DNA from: Glaucostegus cemiculus
Lineage: Eukaryota
Reading direction: 5' to 3'
DNA length: 64,000 nt
Assembly: GCA_976551045.1 (NCBI GenBank)
Contig: CDPCPM010000026.1
Span: 21,452,001 to 21,516,000 of the forward strand
Shown here: in pieces, positions 1-12,785 of the stretch
Position numbering within the stretch: position 1 is the stretch's first letter
Layout of the letters: every line of letters begins with the position of its first letter
Made by a program: the position numbers and the translations under genes
The notes under the pieces: model-generated
Told to the model about the DNA's origin: nothing
Seen by the model: only the letters and a program-made list of their open reading frames with translations
The model's database searches: none

Positions 1-65
1 ACTTCCCAAAGAATGAACAGTTTCTTCAATGCTTTAATGTAAGTCCTTATTAAAGACAATATGCA

Positions 66-95
66 AAGTCAGGTCAGGTCAGGTCAGGTCAGGTT
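66..95. repeat. (AGGTC)n pentanucleotide microsatellite, about 6 units
   Basis: aagtc aggtc aggtc aggtc aggtc aggtt read directly. Confidence 0.95.
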
Positions 96-507
96 AGCTG
101 ATTGAGATTTTTGCTCATTAAGTTCCCCAGCTGTTCGGTAAGAAAAGAAAGTAAGTATTCTTGAGGTTCCTTGGCATAACTTTTGAAGAACTTAACAGCA
201 GCTGCAACAACCCCATCAGAGATAATGTAACCTGTGTAAACATGATCAGATTGTTTTGTTAGAGGAGCCATACATTGACTGGATGGCCCAAAATTGTCCC
301 AATTAAAACTATTTTGCATCTCTCCCTCCCTTTCTCTCTCTCTCTGCAGGTATTTCACAGTGCAGCTTTTGATTGCCTCTTCCATCAGCTTTATGTACAT
401 GCTATCAGGTCTGCAGAGCACAACTAGCCGGAGACTAGAATGCAGCAAGCATTACATTACACAAAGGGCGTGGTGGGGCGCTCCTTGGTTTGAAAAGTAC
501 ATCACGA

Positions 508-550
508 GGGGTAGAGCATGGGGGGGGGGGGTGTTGGTTGGAGCTGGGGG
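508..550 (+). repeat. G-rich tract (G4, G12 and G5 runs), potential G-quadruplex
   Basis: GGGG 508-511, G12 520-531, GGGGG 546-550. Confidence 0.6.
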
Positions 551-1169
551 TGGTGTTGTGCTTTATGAAGTAATTTATCACAGGGGCTGGTGAATGGGGA
601 GTTGTGCCACAGATTCACAAATGTTTTACACAAGACGTTCTCTGTAAATTAAATCGTAGGTACAAGGAAGTTACATGGATTCACAGCTGTTCTTCTGAGA
701 AACTTATTGGGTTAAAAGAAATAGGTCAATAGACACTTCGTGCGAGTAAATCTGAATCTTCTTTTAACCTTAAAGTCAGATACAATTAAACCAAAATATG
801 AATTTGATTCTGAGAAGAAACACATCATATTGCAATGGGCTGTGCCACAGCTCTACTGTGGTCACAGCTCTACCATGGCCACAGGGTCCAACTTGAGATC
901 AGCTGTAGTAAAGGTGCAGGTAAAACTTCACCTGACTTCAGTTTCGCACAATTTCAGCATACCTTCCATTCTGCAAAAGGTGGTGCATTTCATAGACTTG
1001 CAGAATTATTACAGTGCTGGATACAAACATGCAGTCCATAAAGTCTGTACCAGCTCTTTGCAGAGCAATCCTGTTAACTTCATTGCTCTTTCCCCAATGT
1101 TTGCAACCTTCAAATATCAAATTCCCGGTGAAAACCACAAATGCACCACAATGTCTGTGCAAATGACAT

Positions 1170-1360
1170 GTTTCCTTGCACCACCCTGGATCTTCGTCAA
1201 TCACTTTAAATATATCCTTGACCCCTCCACTAATGGGAAGAGCTCCTATCTACTCAATTAAAATAGTCAAGATTTTATACATTTCTACCATTTCTTGTTC
1301 CAAGGTGGAGATCCCAAAAGCCCTAGTCTACCATTATAATTGAAGTTCCTCATCTCTGGA
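1170..1360 (-). mobile_element. Old, degenerate CR1 LINE 3' fragment
   Basis: ttgacccctccactaatgggaa...ctatctactc...attttatacatttcta...gaagttcctcatctctgga resembles the antisense of the CR1 ORF2 C-terminal region seen better preserved at 41388-41820. Confidence 0.5.
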
Positions 1361-2394
1361 CAAATGCATTTGTGCAAGAGATGCACTCCAGCATTGCTCG
1401 CTTGCAGACAGGGTCATTGTCTAGAGCTCTGAAAACAAGCACCATTGGGTAGCAGGATTCAGAGATCAAGCTCCCCATTTCCTAAAGTTCTTAATTTCAG
1501 CTGAATCATAATGTCAAGCAAGTGTGCAGAGAAGGAGGGAAGTTAGTGTCACAGTCACAGCAGTATGTTGCCGCATAGGTTTTATTGATCTGGTCTGCGT
1601 TGGGAAATGCCCGACAACAGATTGTCTGCCGACTAGCTCAGTTGCTTACTACCTCTGCTGAAGTGCAGGATAACAAAAAAATACTAATCACTTTGAAAAG
1701 ACAAACTAAAAACTGATTGGTAACTACTCACACCTCAGTACATCAATGACAATATAAAGGAATAATGAAAGGCCTGTAAATTTGCATTTAAAAGCTTAAA
1801 AACAGTTTAAAAGCAAATAGTTATCCTGCACAACCTCAAAAAAGCAAGTGAGTATGCTGCTGAGGGTCCTGTATCCCAGGCTTCGGTGTGAATCATGGAC
1901 TTCATGATACTGCCACTTCTGCATTGATGTGCACTCATCCACCTTGTGTTGATGCCAAACTCAGTTTAATTACTACTTTAGCTTAATTGTACAGGGGATC
2001 CCAGGAAAGCAATAGAACTGATGGTAGTATTTCAAACAGTCGGTTCAATTCCTCCTGATGTTGGAGTGAGCGTGACATCAACTTTTCATCTCTGCAACTG
2101 CGTTCAAATCCAGCCCAGGTAAATGGGATAGAAGTTTCCCTGCTGCAAAAGCAGGACCCAAAATGTGCATGGGCAAGAATGTACACATATTATTTTATTA
2201 ATACTCTAGTATTCTTAAATGTTAACCTTCTAGAAACACCTTCTAGAAGTGCAAACCTCAATGCCTAATATCATTAAAGAGTCAATAGAGTGAAATACTG
2301 CACACATCAAAACAGAATAAAAAAGCAAAAAATAACAAATGCACCAAAAGCACCGTTCCCCAGCAAGTGGTAATATACATGCTACATTTCCTTA

Positions 2395-2600
2395 TGAAAC
2401 AGAGGGAGGCCATTTGGCCCATTGGGTCTGAGTCAAAGCAGTCCCATTAATCTTATTCTCACCCTTTGGGATGTGGAAGGAAAACTGAGCACCTGGGGGA
2501 AATCCCACATGGTCACAGGGAAAATTTGCAAACTCCACACAGGCAGTACCTGAGGTCAGGTTAAAAACTGGGTCACTGAAGCAATGGGGTGTGACTGGAT
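2395..2600 (-). mobile_element. V-SINE (HE1-like tRNA-derived SINE) with CR1-type 3' tail
   Basis: Antisense V-domain core ctttgggatgtggaaggaaaactgagcacctgggggaaatcccacatggtcacagggaaaatttgcaaactccacacag; CR1-like tail gaggccatttggccc at the left end; decayed tRNA-like head at the right end. Confidence 0.85.
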
Positions 2601-4049
2601 TGAGCTGTGTAATCAGAATGTGGTTTCAATCCACCAATGCTGTTATTATGCAGTAGGTTACATTATTATGTGAGGATCCAATGAGAAAATGGATGATGCT
2701 CCCATTATTAAAATTAAAAGGATGAGAAAATGGGAAGGTCACAAATCTACATCAGATTCTTTGTTTCACATTCCTATCCAGTCACTTCACCTTGCTTTTC
2801 ATCATAAAGACTTTGGAATCATCAGCCAAATTGGACCCCAATAGGTTGAATGGTCTCTAATAACAACAGGACCTATTCATTTTTAATCTCTCAAAGACCG
2901 ACATTTGGGGGCAATTTTATGGGTGCTGGAGGCCATTCCTGACCCTTAGTGTTAGTGAATTGTTTAACCACAGAGTGAATCATAGCTCCGTCAGCAAGGT
3001 TGGCAAGTTCTGGTCATCTTATTCCCCTTTCTAAGATGTGGAAGCAAACTGCAGCTCACCAAAAGCTACCTTTGCTAATTTCACCTGATTCATCTTCACA
3101 TGCCAAAATTATGACCCTTTTAGAATGAATATTTTGGTGCTGTACTGGTCAACAACTTGTATACATTAGTCCACCAGGGGAGACTTGACATCTTCTTTAA
3201 TTGAAGCTTTTAATTATTTTAACCCAAGAACTTGCCACTGAAGTGTTGAAGCCTCGCATATGTTGTGATGAGATCAAGCAGATGAGCCTCTGGTTCGAAA
3301 CCAGCCACAACAATTTCCACCCTATCATTTAATAGAAAACATCATGATAGACCTATTATTCTGTGACAACCATATTACCAGGAATTATATTTTGGTGAGT
3401 GGAATGAGAATGGTACTATCCCTGGGACACTTCAGTATTAGGTATTTATTATGTGGACAAATGAGACCATGATTAAACAGACAAAATGTACTGGGGAAAC
3501 AAAGGCAAGTTTATTGCAGATGCTGATGTTAGTGTGCAAGTCATTCAGCAATTTGAGGCAAGGTTAAGACTGCTTGGTTAAATGATGCAGTGCTGATCAG
3601 TTTGACCCACTGCACCATCAAACTTGCAAACCAGAATCTCGACTTCAACCTCTATGTTATTATAAATTAAATATACTGCTGCAAATAAAAGTTTTATTTA
3701 ACAATGCAATGACCTATTCATAAACTGAATACATTACTGCTTTGCTGCTCAACTTCCCTACATTAACTCAAAAGAGTTAGGTTTATGTGGGGGAGTTGAA
3801 CAGCAAAACAGGAAATAGGAGTCCTAACCCACAGGTAGTACATTGTACCTCACGATTTTCAATTTTTAAAAATTCTCATCTTTCTGATAATTTTTCTCTC
3901 TAAATAGTTCATACTCTCTTTCCCTTGCTTTATTTCACCTCCTAGATTCACTCTAGCTTACCGTCTTTCCTCTCAGTCAAAAATGGGGAAAGGAACGATG
4001 ATGACAATCACTAGCTCGTTCACTTTAATAACTATTTATTTATTTACCA

Positions 4050-4262
4050 GCCATTTTTAATTTAATCTGTGTATTAATTTAATTTTAACTTCCGTAGTTT
4101 TTAATGTTTAATGTTTTTTAATGTTTATTCTGTTAAGTGTGTCTGTGTGTCTCTGTTGGTTGTTATTTAATGGGACGAGCACCTGAGGAGGACGGTATCT
4201 CGCTCCTATGCATACTATGTATGTATATGGTTGTGACAATAAAACTGATTCTGATTCTGATT
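4050..4262 (+). mobile_element. 3' end of a non-LTR retrotransposon, Rex1/Babar-like
   Basis: T-rich 3'UTR-like tract, tgtgacAATAAA (4238-4243), then a (CTGATT)3 microsatellite tail at 4245-4262; retained CpGs suggest a younger insertion; the 5' boundary is uncertain. Confidence 0.55.
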
Positions 4263-5673
4263 GTTGAGGAGATAAACATTTGGTCCCATGGCTCACCGAG
4301 GTGGCAAACCCTGCCTGGTTCTCTTCACCACACCATTATAGGCAATTGTCGGAAGCTTCACCACACTTCCAACAACTGCAACTAAAATTCTTCAAATGGA
4401 ACAACAAGATAAGAAAAAAGGTGGGTATGTTGTGAGATGTCTTGACAGTGGCAAATTCTGAGCCATTGTTTATTTTGGAAAGGGGATTTAAAAAGCTGAA
4501 CTCTCTAGGACAGCTTGTCCTTTTTTGCTACTTGTTTGTTTGAGTGCATGCATTGCAATTAAAACTGGTTTGTGGTGAACTGTATCTACAGGGGATGAGC
4601 TATTAACAAAGGGATCTGACAGTTTCAGGTTGGTGATTTTTATTCCAAATGAAAAATCAATATGTTTTCTGGGTTATACATATTCAGAATAGGCTGATAT
4701 CTCCATCATAATGGAAAATAGGTGTCCTGTTACCTCTTCTCTTGCCATATCTGTACCATTGCATTTTCCAATCCACTGGCAAATATTTCAACATGATTTG
4801 ATTGCAGCTTATGACAGTGTTAATGTCCTCAGCCCTAAGCACACTTCAAGTAGCTGAGCGATGCCAGCCTTTGGCTAGTGTTTCACGCTCATTGTGCAGA
4901 AAATAGCCTGTAGGAAGAGATATGAAATATCTGCCTCACAGTCCTAGACGAAATGCTATCAACTTTGTTGTATTTTTGTGGCTGCAAATGTGCACCCTGG
5001 CCATTTTAGCCAGCGTCAAGTGACAGATTTTCTTCAAAGACGTTCTGTTGTTTGTAAACCACGAGGCTATAGGCTTGTATTGTGCAAGGCAGTGGCCTAA
5101 AATCAGGACACTTGTTTCTTATGGTATAATGCAGGTCCACATAAGTGCTTTCCAAAATGAACATTCACAAATGTTCTTGTATCAAATAATCCTATCCAGA
5201 CTCTGTGTAGGTAAAGGACAGCAAGACATGTCATTTTACCATTTAAAAAGAAAACTAAGGTGTTCCCTCTTTTATTTCCCCATTATTCCCCCTTCCATGC
5301 AACTGCGCACATTCCACACAAACAGACAAACAACGTTGTTTCTCTGGTGGTGTGAGTGAGGACCCAGGTGACTCCTAGTTCTATGTCTCTTCCTCCACAA
5401 GCACTGCCCGGCATCTTCCCGTTACACTCATCTTTCAATATTTACACTGGTCTGCTGAGGTGCTTTTCATTTTTCTTTTCAACACAGTTTCAATGTCTTC
5501 AGTACATTTGGATGTGTCTTGTTTATTCTTTGGCCCAGCTCGCATTCCACATGCATGGAAGACCTTGCTAACATGAGGAAATTTCAACTCCAGTCCACGG
5601 CATTCTTATTTTTACCTTTGCAATCCTGGCTTCAGATTGGCCCTGTCCATACACAAGGAGAGAAACCCCACTA

Positions 5674-5790
5674 ATGCTGGAAATCTGAAACAGAGAAAGC
5701 TGGAAATCTCTGGAGGAGGAAAGGCTGGTTCGCTTGCCTGCTGTGCTATCCCCACATTTTCTGTTTTTGTTTCCCATTTGCAGGAATCTG
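5674..5790. mobile_element. Two inverted copies of a Penelope-like terminal sequence
   Basis: Left arm atgctggaaatctgaaacagagaaagctggaaa is the antisense, and right arm cctgctgtgctatccccacattttctgtttttgtttcccatttgcaggaatctg the sense, of the motif also present at 44118, 45930 and 50730. Confidence 0.55.
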
Positions 5791-6845
5791 TTGGAAAATG
5801 ACTCATTTAACTCGATCTTATAATTTCTGAATTGTGGTCAACACTCTCAGTCCTTTCTGGAATTCACTGGCGGCCTCCATTATTCACAGAGTTGTGTGCC
5901 AGTGCTGGAAAATGATGCAATGTGAAATCAGACGGAGTGAACAGCATATCAAATCAGTTAAATATCTTGCTCTTAAAATTGACTGTGGAATATGTGCCAG
6001 TTCGTGTGATACCTGCAAACACTTGCCTCGCATCATATATAATATGGTCATTTGACAAAATTCCACGAAATGCATTCAAATCCTTGTTTTTGTTCATTGA
6101 GATTTCCTAATATGCCTGATTAAGTCAGTTGAAAATTATCCAACTTAGAGATAAAGGAAATCATTGCAAATAAATAGAGTACTTTGTGAATTAATGGTTG
6201 GAGGATTAGTCATATTGATAAAATAGGCCATTTAGAAATTATGGGGGCAAAGAAAAAGGGAAAGTGTTACTAAACATTTTTGCTGTGTGCTTGCATAGGC
6301 TACCTTTGGTCAAAAAGTAATCAACACTGATTTTTTCTCCTTCTTCCCTGCCGCTTCTCCCATCCCCAGTCTGATGATTTACTGTCAGTAACCACCAAAA
6401 TAAAGCTTACATTAACTCTAATTTCAGCATCAAGAGTGACCAAAGACATAATAAATGAATCAGATAATATGTTTAAATAGATTTTTTTATTATGCTTTGT
6501 AATTTTTAATACAGTTCTGTGCTGAAGGATGGTAGGCCTGGAGAACAGTGCCGATTCTGTTTGGCAGCTTCAGGAGCTTCTAGTGAGGTATAACATGGCA
6601 GGGATTAAATCCCTGCTATTTTGCTTCAATGGCAGGTCTGACCTCAGTCACATCAATAGAACTTTTCTTTCCTACAGGCCACACAGTTTGTGGCCTGAGA
6701 GAGACTGTTAATCAGTGCTGGTTTAAATACAGGTTGGCACTTGGGACTGTTAGTACTAGGAACTGATTCATTTTCTCATTGGATCATCGTAAAATGTAAC
6801 CTACCATATAATAATGGTATTAATGCATTGGTCTGCTTCTGATTA

Positions 6846-7180
6846 CAGGCTGTCCCCGGGTAACAAACAGAATCTATTTTTACTGACATCCATAAGTCAA
6901 TTTTGTCCCCAAGTCGGAAGACACACACAAAAATAAAATCACTCAATATGATAACCATACATCCATACCTCCACAGTATTTTAATGAATGGCATCAAAGC
7001 ACATAAGCCTGATTAGAGGAATTACTAAAAGTGGAGAGAAGGAGGAAACTAGTTCTCTTATTTGCAGGAATGAATGTATGTGCATACATTGGATTTCTGA
7101 ATTTAATAATAAAAATATGGAAGTTCATTTGTACGTAGGCGTATCCATAAGTCAGGCGTTCATAACCCAGGGATGGCCTG
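6846..7180. mobile_element. Non-autonomous pogo/Tigger-type (Tc1/mariner superfamily) MITE, 335 bp
   Basis: TA on both sides (6844-45, 7181-82); 23-bp TIRs CAGGCTGTCCCCGGGTAACAAAC versus reverse complement CAGGCCATCCCTGGGTTATGAAC (17/23 identical, most mismatches consistent with CpG decay); no coding capacity. Confidence 0.85.
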
Positions 7181-9064
7181 TACACAGCCCAATCCAGTCA
7201 TATATTGGCATTCACTAAGAGACAATGTATTTTGCCACATTTGTTATTTTTCTACTCTTCCAGTCTGCTTTAACATATTCACTATTTCACTGTATTGATT
7301 ATTCAATGATGTTGGGCATCGAGGTTTGCACTTGAGAATGTGTTACTAGAAGGTTAAGATTAAGAACACTGGAGTATTAATTAAACAATATGTGATGGCT
7401 GTGTATACAGTCTTGCCAACTGAAGACAGACTCGACACATAAGGACAACAGTGACAATCTAGCTCACATATTACAGATTTGATCCTTCAATACGAACACA
7501 CGTAAGGAGAGTTGTTCTGCTTGCTAATCCGCAAATGTATTCTTTATGATTTTTCTACAACTGATAGTGAAAGGAACGTGATGCCTGTTACTGCCACTTG
7601 ATCACTCTTTAACCCTTATTTCAGTTCTTAAATGGCTTAATAGTCCTGAATAAATTTGTCAACTGCTGGGCATTTCTCCCTCCACACCTCCACCAGCACC
7701 ATCCATCCACCCAGCCATCTCTAATGCACTTACACCCAAATTAAGAACCTTGCACGAAGGTGCATCAAATTATTCCCAATCGGTTCTCTGCATTCAAACT
7801 GGACACAATTTCATGCAAACCCATTATATATATTTTAAGAACGCTCAAAATGCTGGAGCATTTAATAATCCCAATAGCAAAATTCACTTCAACGTAATGG
7901 CATAAAATGTTTGATGTGACGGACAAGCAGTGGGTCGTCATCACCATGGCGACGTATCTTGTACAAAGAAGAGTGCTTGGTGATGAGGATAATGACACGA
8001 TATTATTGTTAGTCGTCTGATCGTGTTGCTTGAGATGGACTTTATTTTATAAAATAACAATAGCATTTGCATTCAAAAACTGAAATTCAGAACTGAAGAA
8101 AATTTGGGGCTGCGGGATGTATAATTTCTACTCAGCTGGAATCCTCTGGGGAAGTGCTCATGGTATTTTAAAAGCCAGCTGTGAGTACCTGAGCTTGTTC
8201 TAAGCTCACCAAGTGCCCCTCTAGAAGGGTAAATGAAAAGTCAGGTCACTTGCACCCACAGTATATCAAAGAAGCACTGTTCAAGAGTAGACGGACAGTA
8301 GATACCCACTCCAGAAAGGGGTAAAATTAATATTTTTCTTTCAAGTGCATAATGCCAACTTTCCTCTCATTATTCTGTCCCTGTATCTCCAGGTTACTTT
8401 CTGGCAGTTGGTGTACAATGTTTGAGGATCAAATGGAAGAAAGAAAATAATTAACTTTCAAGTTACAGCTCAAATGCCCAAGTATATTCTTCTTGGAGCA
8501 GAGATGGTGAATTTAGTAATAGTCTATTATTGACAAAATCTTAGCAGACAATCCTCTCCCTTTTCCTGCTTTATATGACTTATTGCTTATGTTTAATAAT
8601 TTCATCAGATTATGAATTCTTGAGATATTTCCAGGGAAAGTGCAAGAATGGAAATGAAGTTCAGCTACAGAACTCTGTTATTCAATTTTTATGATTTTCA
8701 ATTCATTGTTCAATAACTATTATATGATCTTGTGATATGGGTGTTAACACAGCTGCTTTGTCAATTGTCCAGGAGATATGCTTCAGCATTACAAGTCTTT
8801 CCCCAAATGGGACAATGTATGCTTGAGGTAGTCTCGAGATTGGTGCTTTGGTCATTTCCAAGTAACAAACTTAGCAACATAGCACTGCAGTTTCTACGCA
8901 CATTACTTCAAAAACTTTAGCACAGATCGATGGTTTCCCATTCTCTTCAATATTGTACATAGAAAAAAATAATGTTTGAAAATGTAGGGCTTCTAAACTC
9001 CGCCTGTTTACCCTTGACCTTTCAACGTAGATAGATTTTGAAGTCCAATCTTAGCCACACCTAT

Positions 9065-9891
9065 CTAATGCTTTTTCAATTTAATTATGGAAAAATACCA
9101 TATGAGGTTATCCACTCGTGGAAAAAAAACAGAAATGCTGAGTTTTTTTATAAAATCAGTGAGCAATCAAGAAATGCTGATGTTCAAAGGGACTTGGGCA
9201 TTATGGTACACAAGTCACTGGAAGCTCACATTCAGGTGCAATTAGGAAAAGGAAATGCTACATTGGGCTTTATGTTTATATTTGGGCGTTATGAATAAGG
9301 ATGTCCTACTACAATTCTAAAGGCCTTGCTGAGATCTCACCTGGACTACTGTGTACAATTTTGATCTCTTTATCTATAGAAGGATATACTTTCTTTAGAA
9401 AGATAATGGTAGGCTGTGCAGCCAAGATTCTTCAGTCTGTTCTTAAGATGGTAGGTCTGACGTATTAGCAGAGATTAAATATGTTAGGTCTCTCCTCTAA
9501 GAGTTCTAAAGAATGAGAGGTGACCCCACTGAAGTACAAGACTTAGAAGGCTCAACGGGGTAGATAGAGACAATGCTTCCACTGCCTGAGAAGACAAAAA
9601 CCTGGGATCAGTCTCAAAATAAAGTCCAGGGTACTTAGGACTGAGATACAGAAATTTCTTTACACAGAAATTGATCAATCTTTCACCAAGGGCTATGTAG
9701 GCTCAGTCATTGAATGCTTTCAAAACAAAGAACCTCAATAGATTTCTTGGATGTCAGAAGAATCAAGGGAAATGGGGACAGGACAGGAAAACAATGATGA
9801 AGTAGAATATCAGTCATGATCTTGCTGAATGGCAGAGTAGTTAGGGGATTCAGTGGTTACTCTTGCTTCTCTTAAGTTCTAAAGTTCTAAA
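9065..9891 (+). mobile_element. 5'-truncated degenerate CR1 LINE (RT C-terminus plus 3'UTR)
   Basis: Peptide VQRDLGIMVHKSL...GKGNATLGF; ctcacctggactactgtgtacaattttg (HLDYCVQF); 3'UTR gatcttgctgaatggcagag and tail gttctaaagttcta. Confidence 0.9.
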
Positions 9892-10579
9892 ATTGTTTAA
9901 AGCCACATTTGTTTGTGTTGTTTGTAGCACTGGCTTGTTACTAAAATTTCAAAAGAAATTTCTGTATTCTTCGAGTTCAGCAGATGAGTTTATCCCTAAT
10001 TCTTTCTGTTACCTTTACCAAGGTTGGAACTGGCTACAGGAGGCATATTATTGTGAACTGGCAGTACCAGTCGGGCACAAAACCAAAAGAAGAAAGGTAA
10101 TTTAATTTTTGCACTTCAATGTCAGGTCTTAGTACTCTGTTGTTAAAGGGTAATCTTGCTGCTTATATGCAATATACAAACATGTGGTGCAATGCCAGAT
10201 TTGTAGCCACACTGCGTATCGAGACCCCAGCTACAAACCTGAGACCAGCTTCTCTCATTTAACTCAAGCTTCAACACATCTGCAGATCCACATTCTCTTG
10301 AGCCTACAGTCTTGACTGATTCACACTCAGCAGCACAGCTCACTAGGAAAGTACCTAACTGCAAACCCTTCAATATTTATTTTTTCCCCTTCAACTTTCA
10401 ATGTAGAGAAATATTCTTTCATATTACAGTTCAAAATGAATGCAACTTATTACTTAGAACTAAATGTTGATATACATGTCCTTTCGCTTAAGGGTTTCAG
10501 TTGTTAAAAAAGAAAACTTGGCTATTATGTGACTGAAAATTAAACTCCATCTCGACAGGACAAGAAAATGCAATTATGC

Positions 10580-11670
10580 GACAAAAAATGGAGAGTAGGA
10601 ATAAACGTTTTTTTGGATTGGCAGTTTGAACAAGTTGTTTACTTCAGAATTACTGGTTCAGCTGTTTATGCTTTGTATCAATGGCACAAATACAGGAACC
10701 ATATATAAAAGATCTAAGTTTGCCAATTTTACAAACATGCCTGGTATAGGAACTCACAAGCGTGCAAGAGGCCTTTAAAGGGATCTAGAAAGGTCAAATG
10801 AGGGAACAAGAAAATAACAGATGGAATACAATGGAATGAGGGCGTTCAATAACAATATTTAAAAGACATTTGAACAGGTATATGAACAGGAAAGGTTTGG
10901 AGGGATATGGGAAATAGGACTTGCTTAAATGGGCATCTTAGTTAGCACGGATGTGTTGACCAAACAGCCCGTTTCTGTGCTGCATGATTCTATGACTATG
11001 ACTCATTCACATTAGTAAGAAAAACATAAATGTGCAGTTTAAAAAAAATCTGTATATGAAAAAAGGCCTGGGAGATGCTGTACATGAATCACAGCTAACA
11101 TGGAAGTGAATACAGTATATCAGCCTTTACTGTAGAAGGACTACAGCACCAAAATAAAGAATTCTTACTGGAACTATAAAGGACTTTGGCAAGATGATAT
11201 GTGGAATATGAGGTAGGGCTTTGTCTTCCTCAATGAAGAATATGCTTGCCTAAGTGTGGGTGCAATGAAGACTGATCTATGGGTTGAGAGGATTGTCCTG
11301 TGTGGTGAGGTAGAGTAGATCAGCTTGACATTTTCCAGAAAAAGAGATAATTTCTTTGAAACATAGAATACTCCTAAAGTACAAGGAGGATGTTTCTCCA
11401 GCTTAGAAATCTAGAATTGGGGTTATGGTTTCAGAACAAGGGCCATTCAGGATTGAGATGAGCAGAAATGCCTTCCTTTGACAATTTTGACTTACTGAAA
11501 TTCCCTAACTCAGAGGACTGCAAACACCTAGTGAACAAACAAGACAAAGATCAATAGATTTTGGACAGTAACAGAATCAAGGGATTTATGGGCTAGAATG
11601 GAGGTAAAAATCAGCACGGTTTAAATTGAATGTTGCAAAAACTCAAACAACCTGCTCTTGTTCCTATTTT
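10580..11670 (+). mobile_element. Old CR1 LINE (RT domain to 3' end), interrupted by a younger CR1 tail
   Basis: agagtaggaataaa, tctaagtttgcc (SKFA), cagatggaatacaatg (QMEYN); continues after 11003 with cattcacattagtaagaaaaac; 3'UTR ttgaatg...cctgctcttgttcctat. Confidence 0.75.
10840..11003 (+). mobile_element. Short CR1 3'-end insertion nested in the older CR1
   Basis: tttaaaagacatttgaacaggtatatgaacaggaaaggtttggagggatatggg...tttctgtgctgcatgattctatgactatgac; matches the antisense 3' end at about 29010-29180. Confidence 0.85.
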
Positions 11671-12785
11671 GTATATCCTTTTGTCCATTTACACAACAAA
11701 AATGAACAAAACAAAACACTGCACAATACTATAAGGGCCTCTTTTTGTCCCACATGACATTGCATAACATCAATCTGGATTCAAAACACAGCAATCTAAT
11801 ATGATGCAGTTGAACAATGTTTTAATAAAGTCAAAGACAAATTAAATGTAAAGACAATGAGCACGTTCCAAACAATGTGCTAAAAGGAGGCAACAACTGA
11901 ATGAGATAGTCAGGGCTCTAGCAAAGATAAGAGGAGTGAGGGCAGAATGATTAATGCAAAGTTCATGGCTACTTACAAGCTAAAGCATTCAAAATGGCCA
12001 TGACAGATCCATTCACACCTATACAAGATGTGAAAAATTTAAGCAGATATTAAATAGAGGCTATTTTCAAGATACCTTTAATCCAGACATTGGGTTCCAC
12101 TGTGGTATAAACTGGCTAATTTATGTTGGAATTAACAAGAAGTTGCTCTTTTTTTTGAAATTCAAGGATAATAAGCAAATTTCACTAGGCTACAAATGGA
12201 CCTTTTTAATTTTAATCATTTGAATAATTATTTATTCATGATGTTGTACTTTTTTTCATATATAGTGTATATGGATATACACTCTAAGCCATTTATATGC
12301 AAATCTTATCTAAGGAAATTCCTGAGATAAGCACATTTTCACCAAGTCCTAATTTGTTCCACAGAGCCTGTATATCTAGCCCTGTTATATGTAAAGTTAA
12401 TCTGGATATAAGCAATTTATTTTGAAAATCTGTGCCCTGCTGCATATGAAAGGTTTCCAGTTCGATGTACGTTCTGTATTAATTGGCCACAAATAACAAA
12501 GGGAGCCAATTTATTATGTGGAATCCTCAGCACACCAAGAAACTCTCTTTCAACAAGCGGCTGTTCTCTCCACCTCCCCCTCCCCAACACACACCTCCTC
12601 CCACCCCCACCATCCACCACAGTGTGCAGTAAGACTGTGCACTTAGCTGCATTTAGACTTCAAATATTGAAGGTCCAATATTCAAAATCTTAAATCCAAA
12701 TAATGAGGTTCGTGCACTATTTTCAGCTGAGCTGAATGGTGTGGGGCAGAACACACAAAGTGTACCCACCCTGCAAGATCAAATA

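Noticed and set aside
89-1261. ORFs 89..448(-), 294..593(+) and 740..1261(+)
   Set aside because: No recognisable domain; they run through microsatellite, poly-G and antisense CR1 sequence; most have non-ATG starts
1983-2143. Minus-strand acceptor-like site (ttttgggtcctgcttttgcag) with protein-looking translations
   Set aside because: No recognisable homology, no convincing donor or partner exon; cannot be supported as a CDS
2225-2248. Tandem ACCTTCTAGAA resembling a heat-shock element
   Set aside because: The two TTCnnGAA units are out of the 5-bp HSE phase; most simply a 13-bp slippage duplication
12264-12283. Perfect 9-bp inverted repeat AGTGTATAT-GG-ATATACACT
   Set aside because: Isolated and AT-rich; a few such stems are expected by chance in 64 kb
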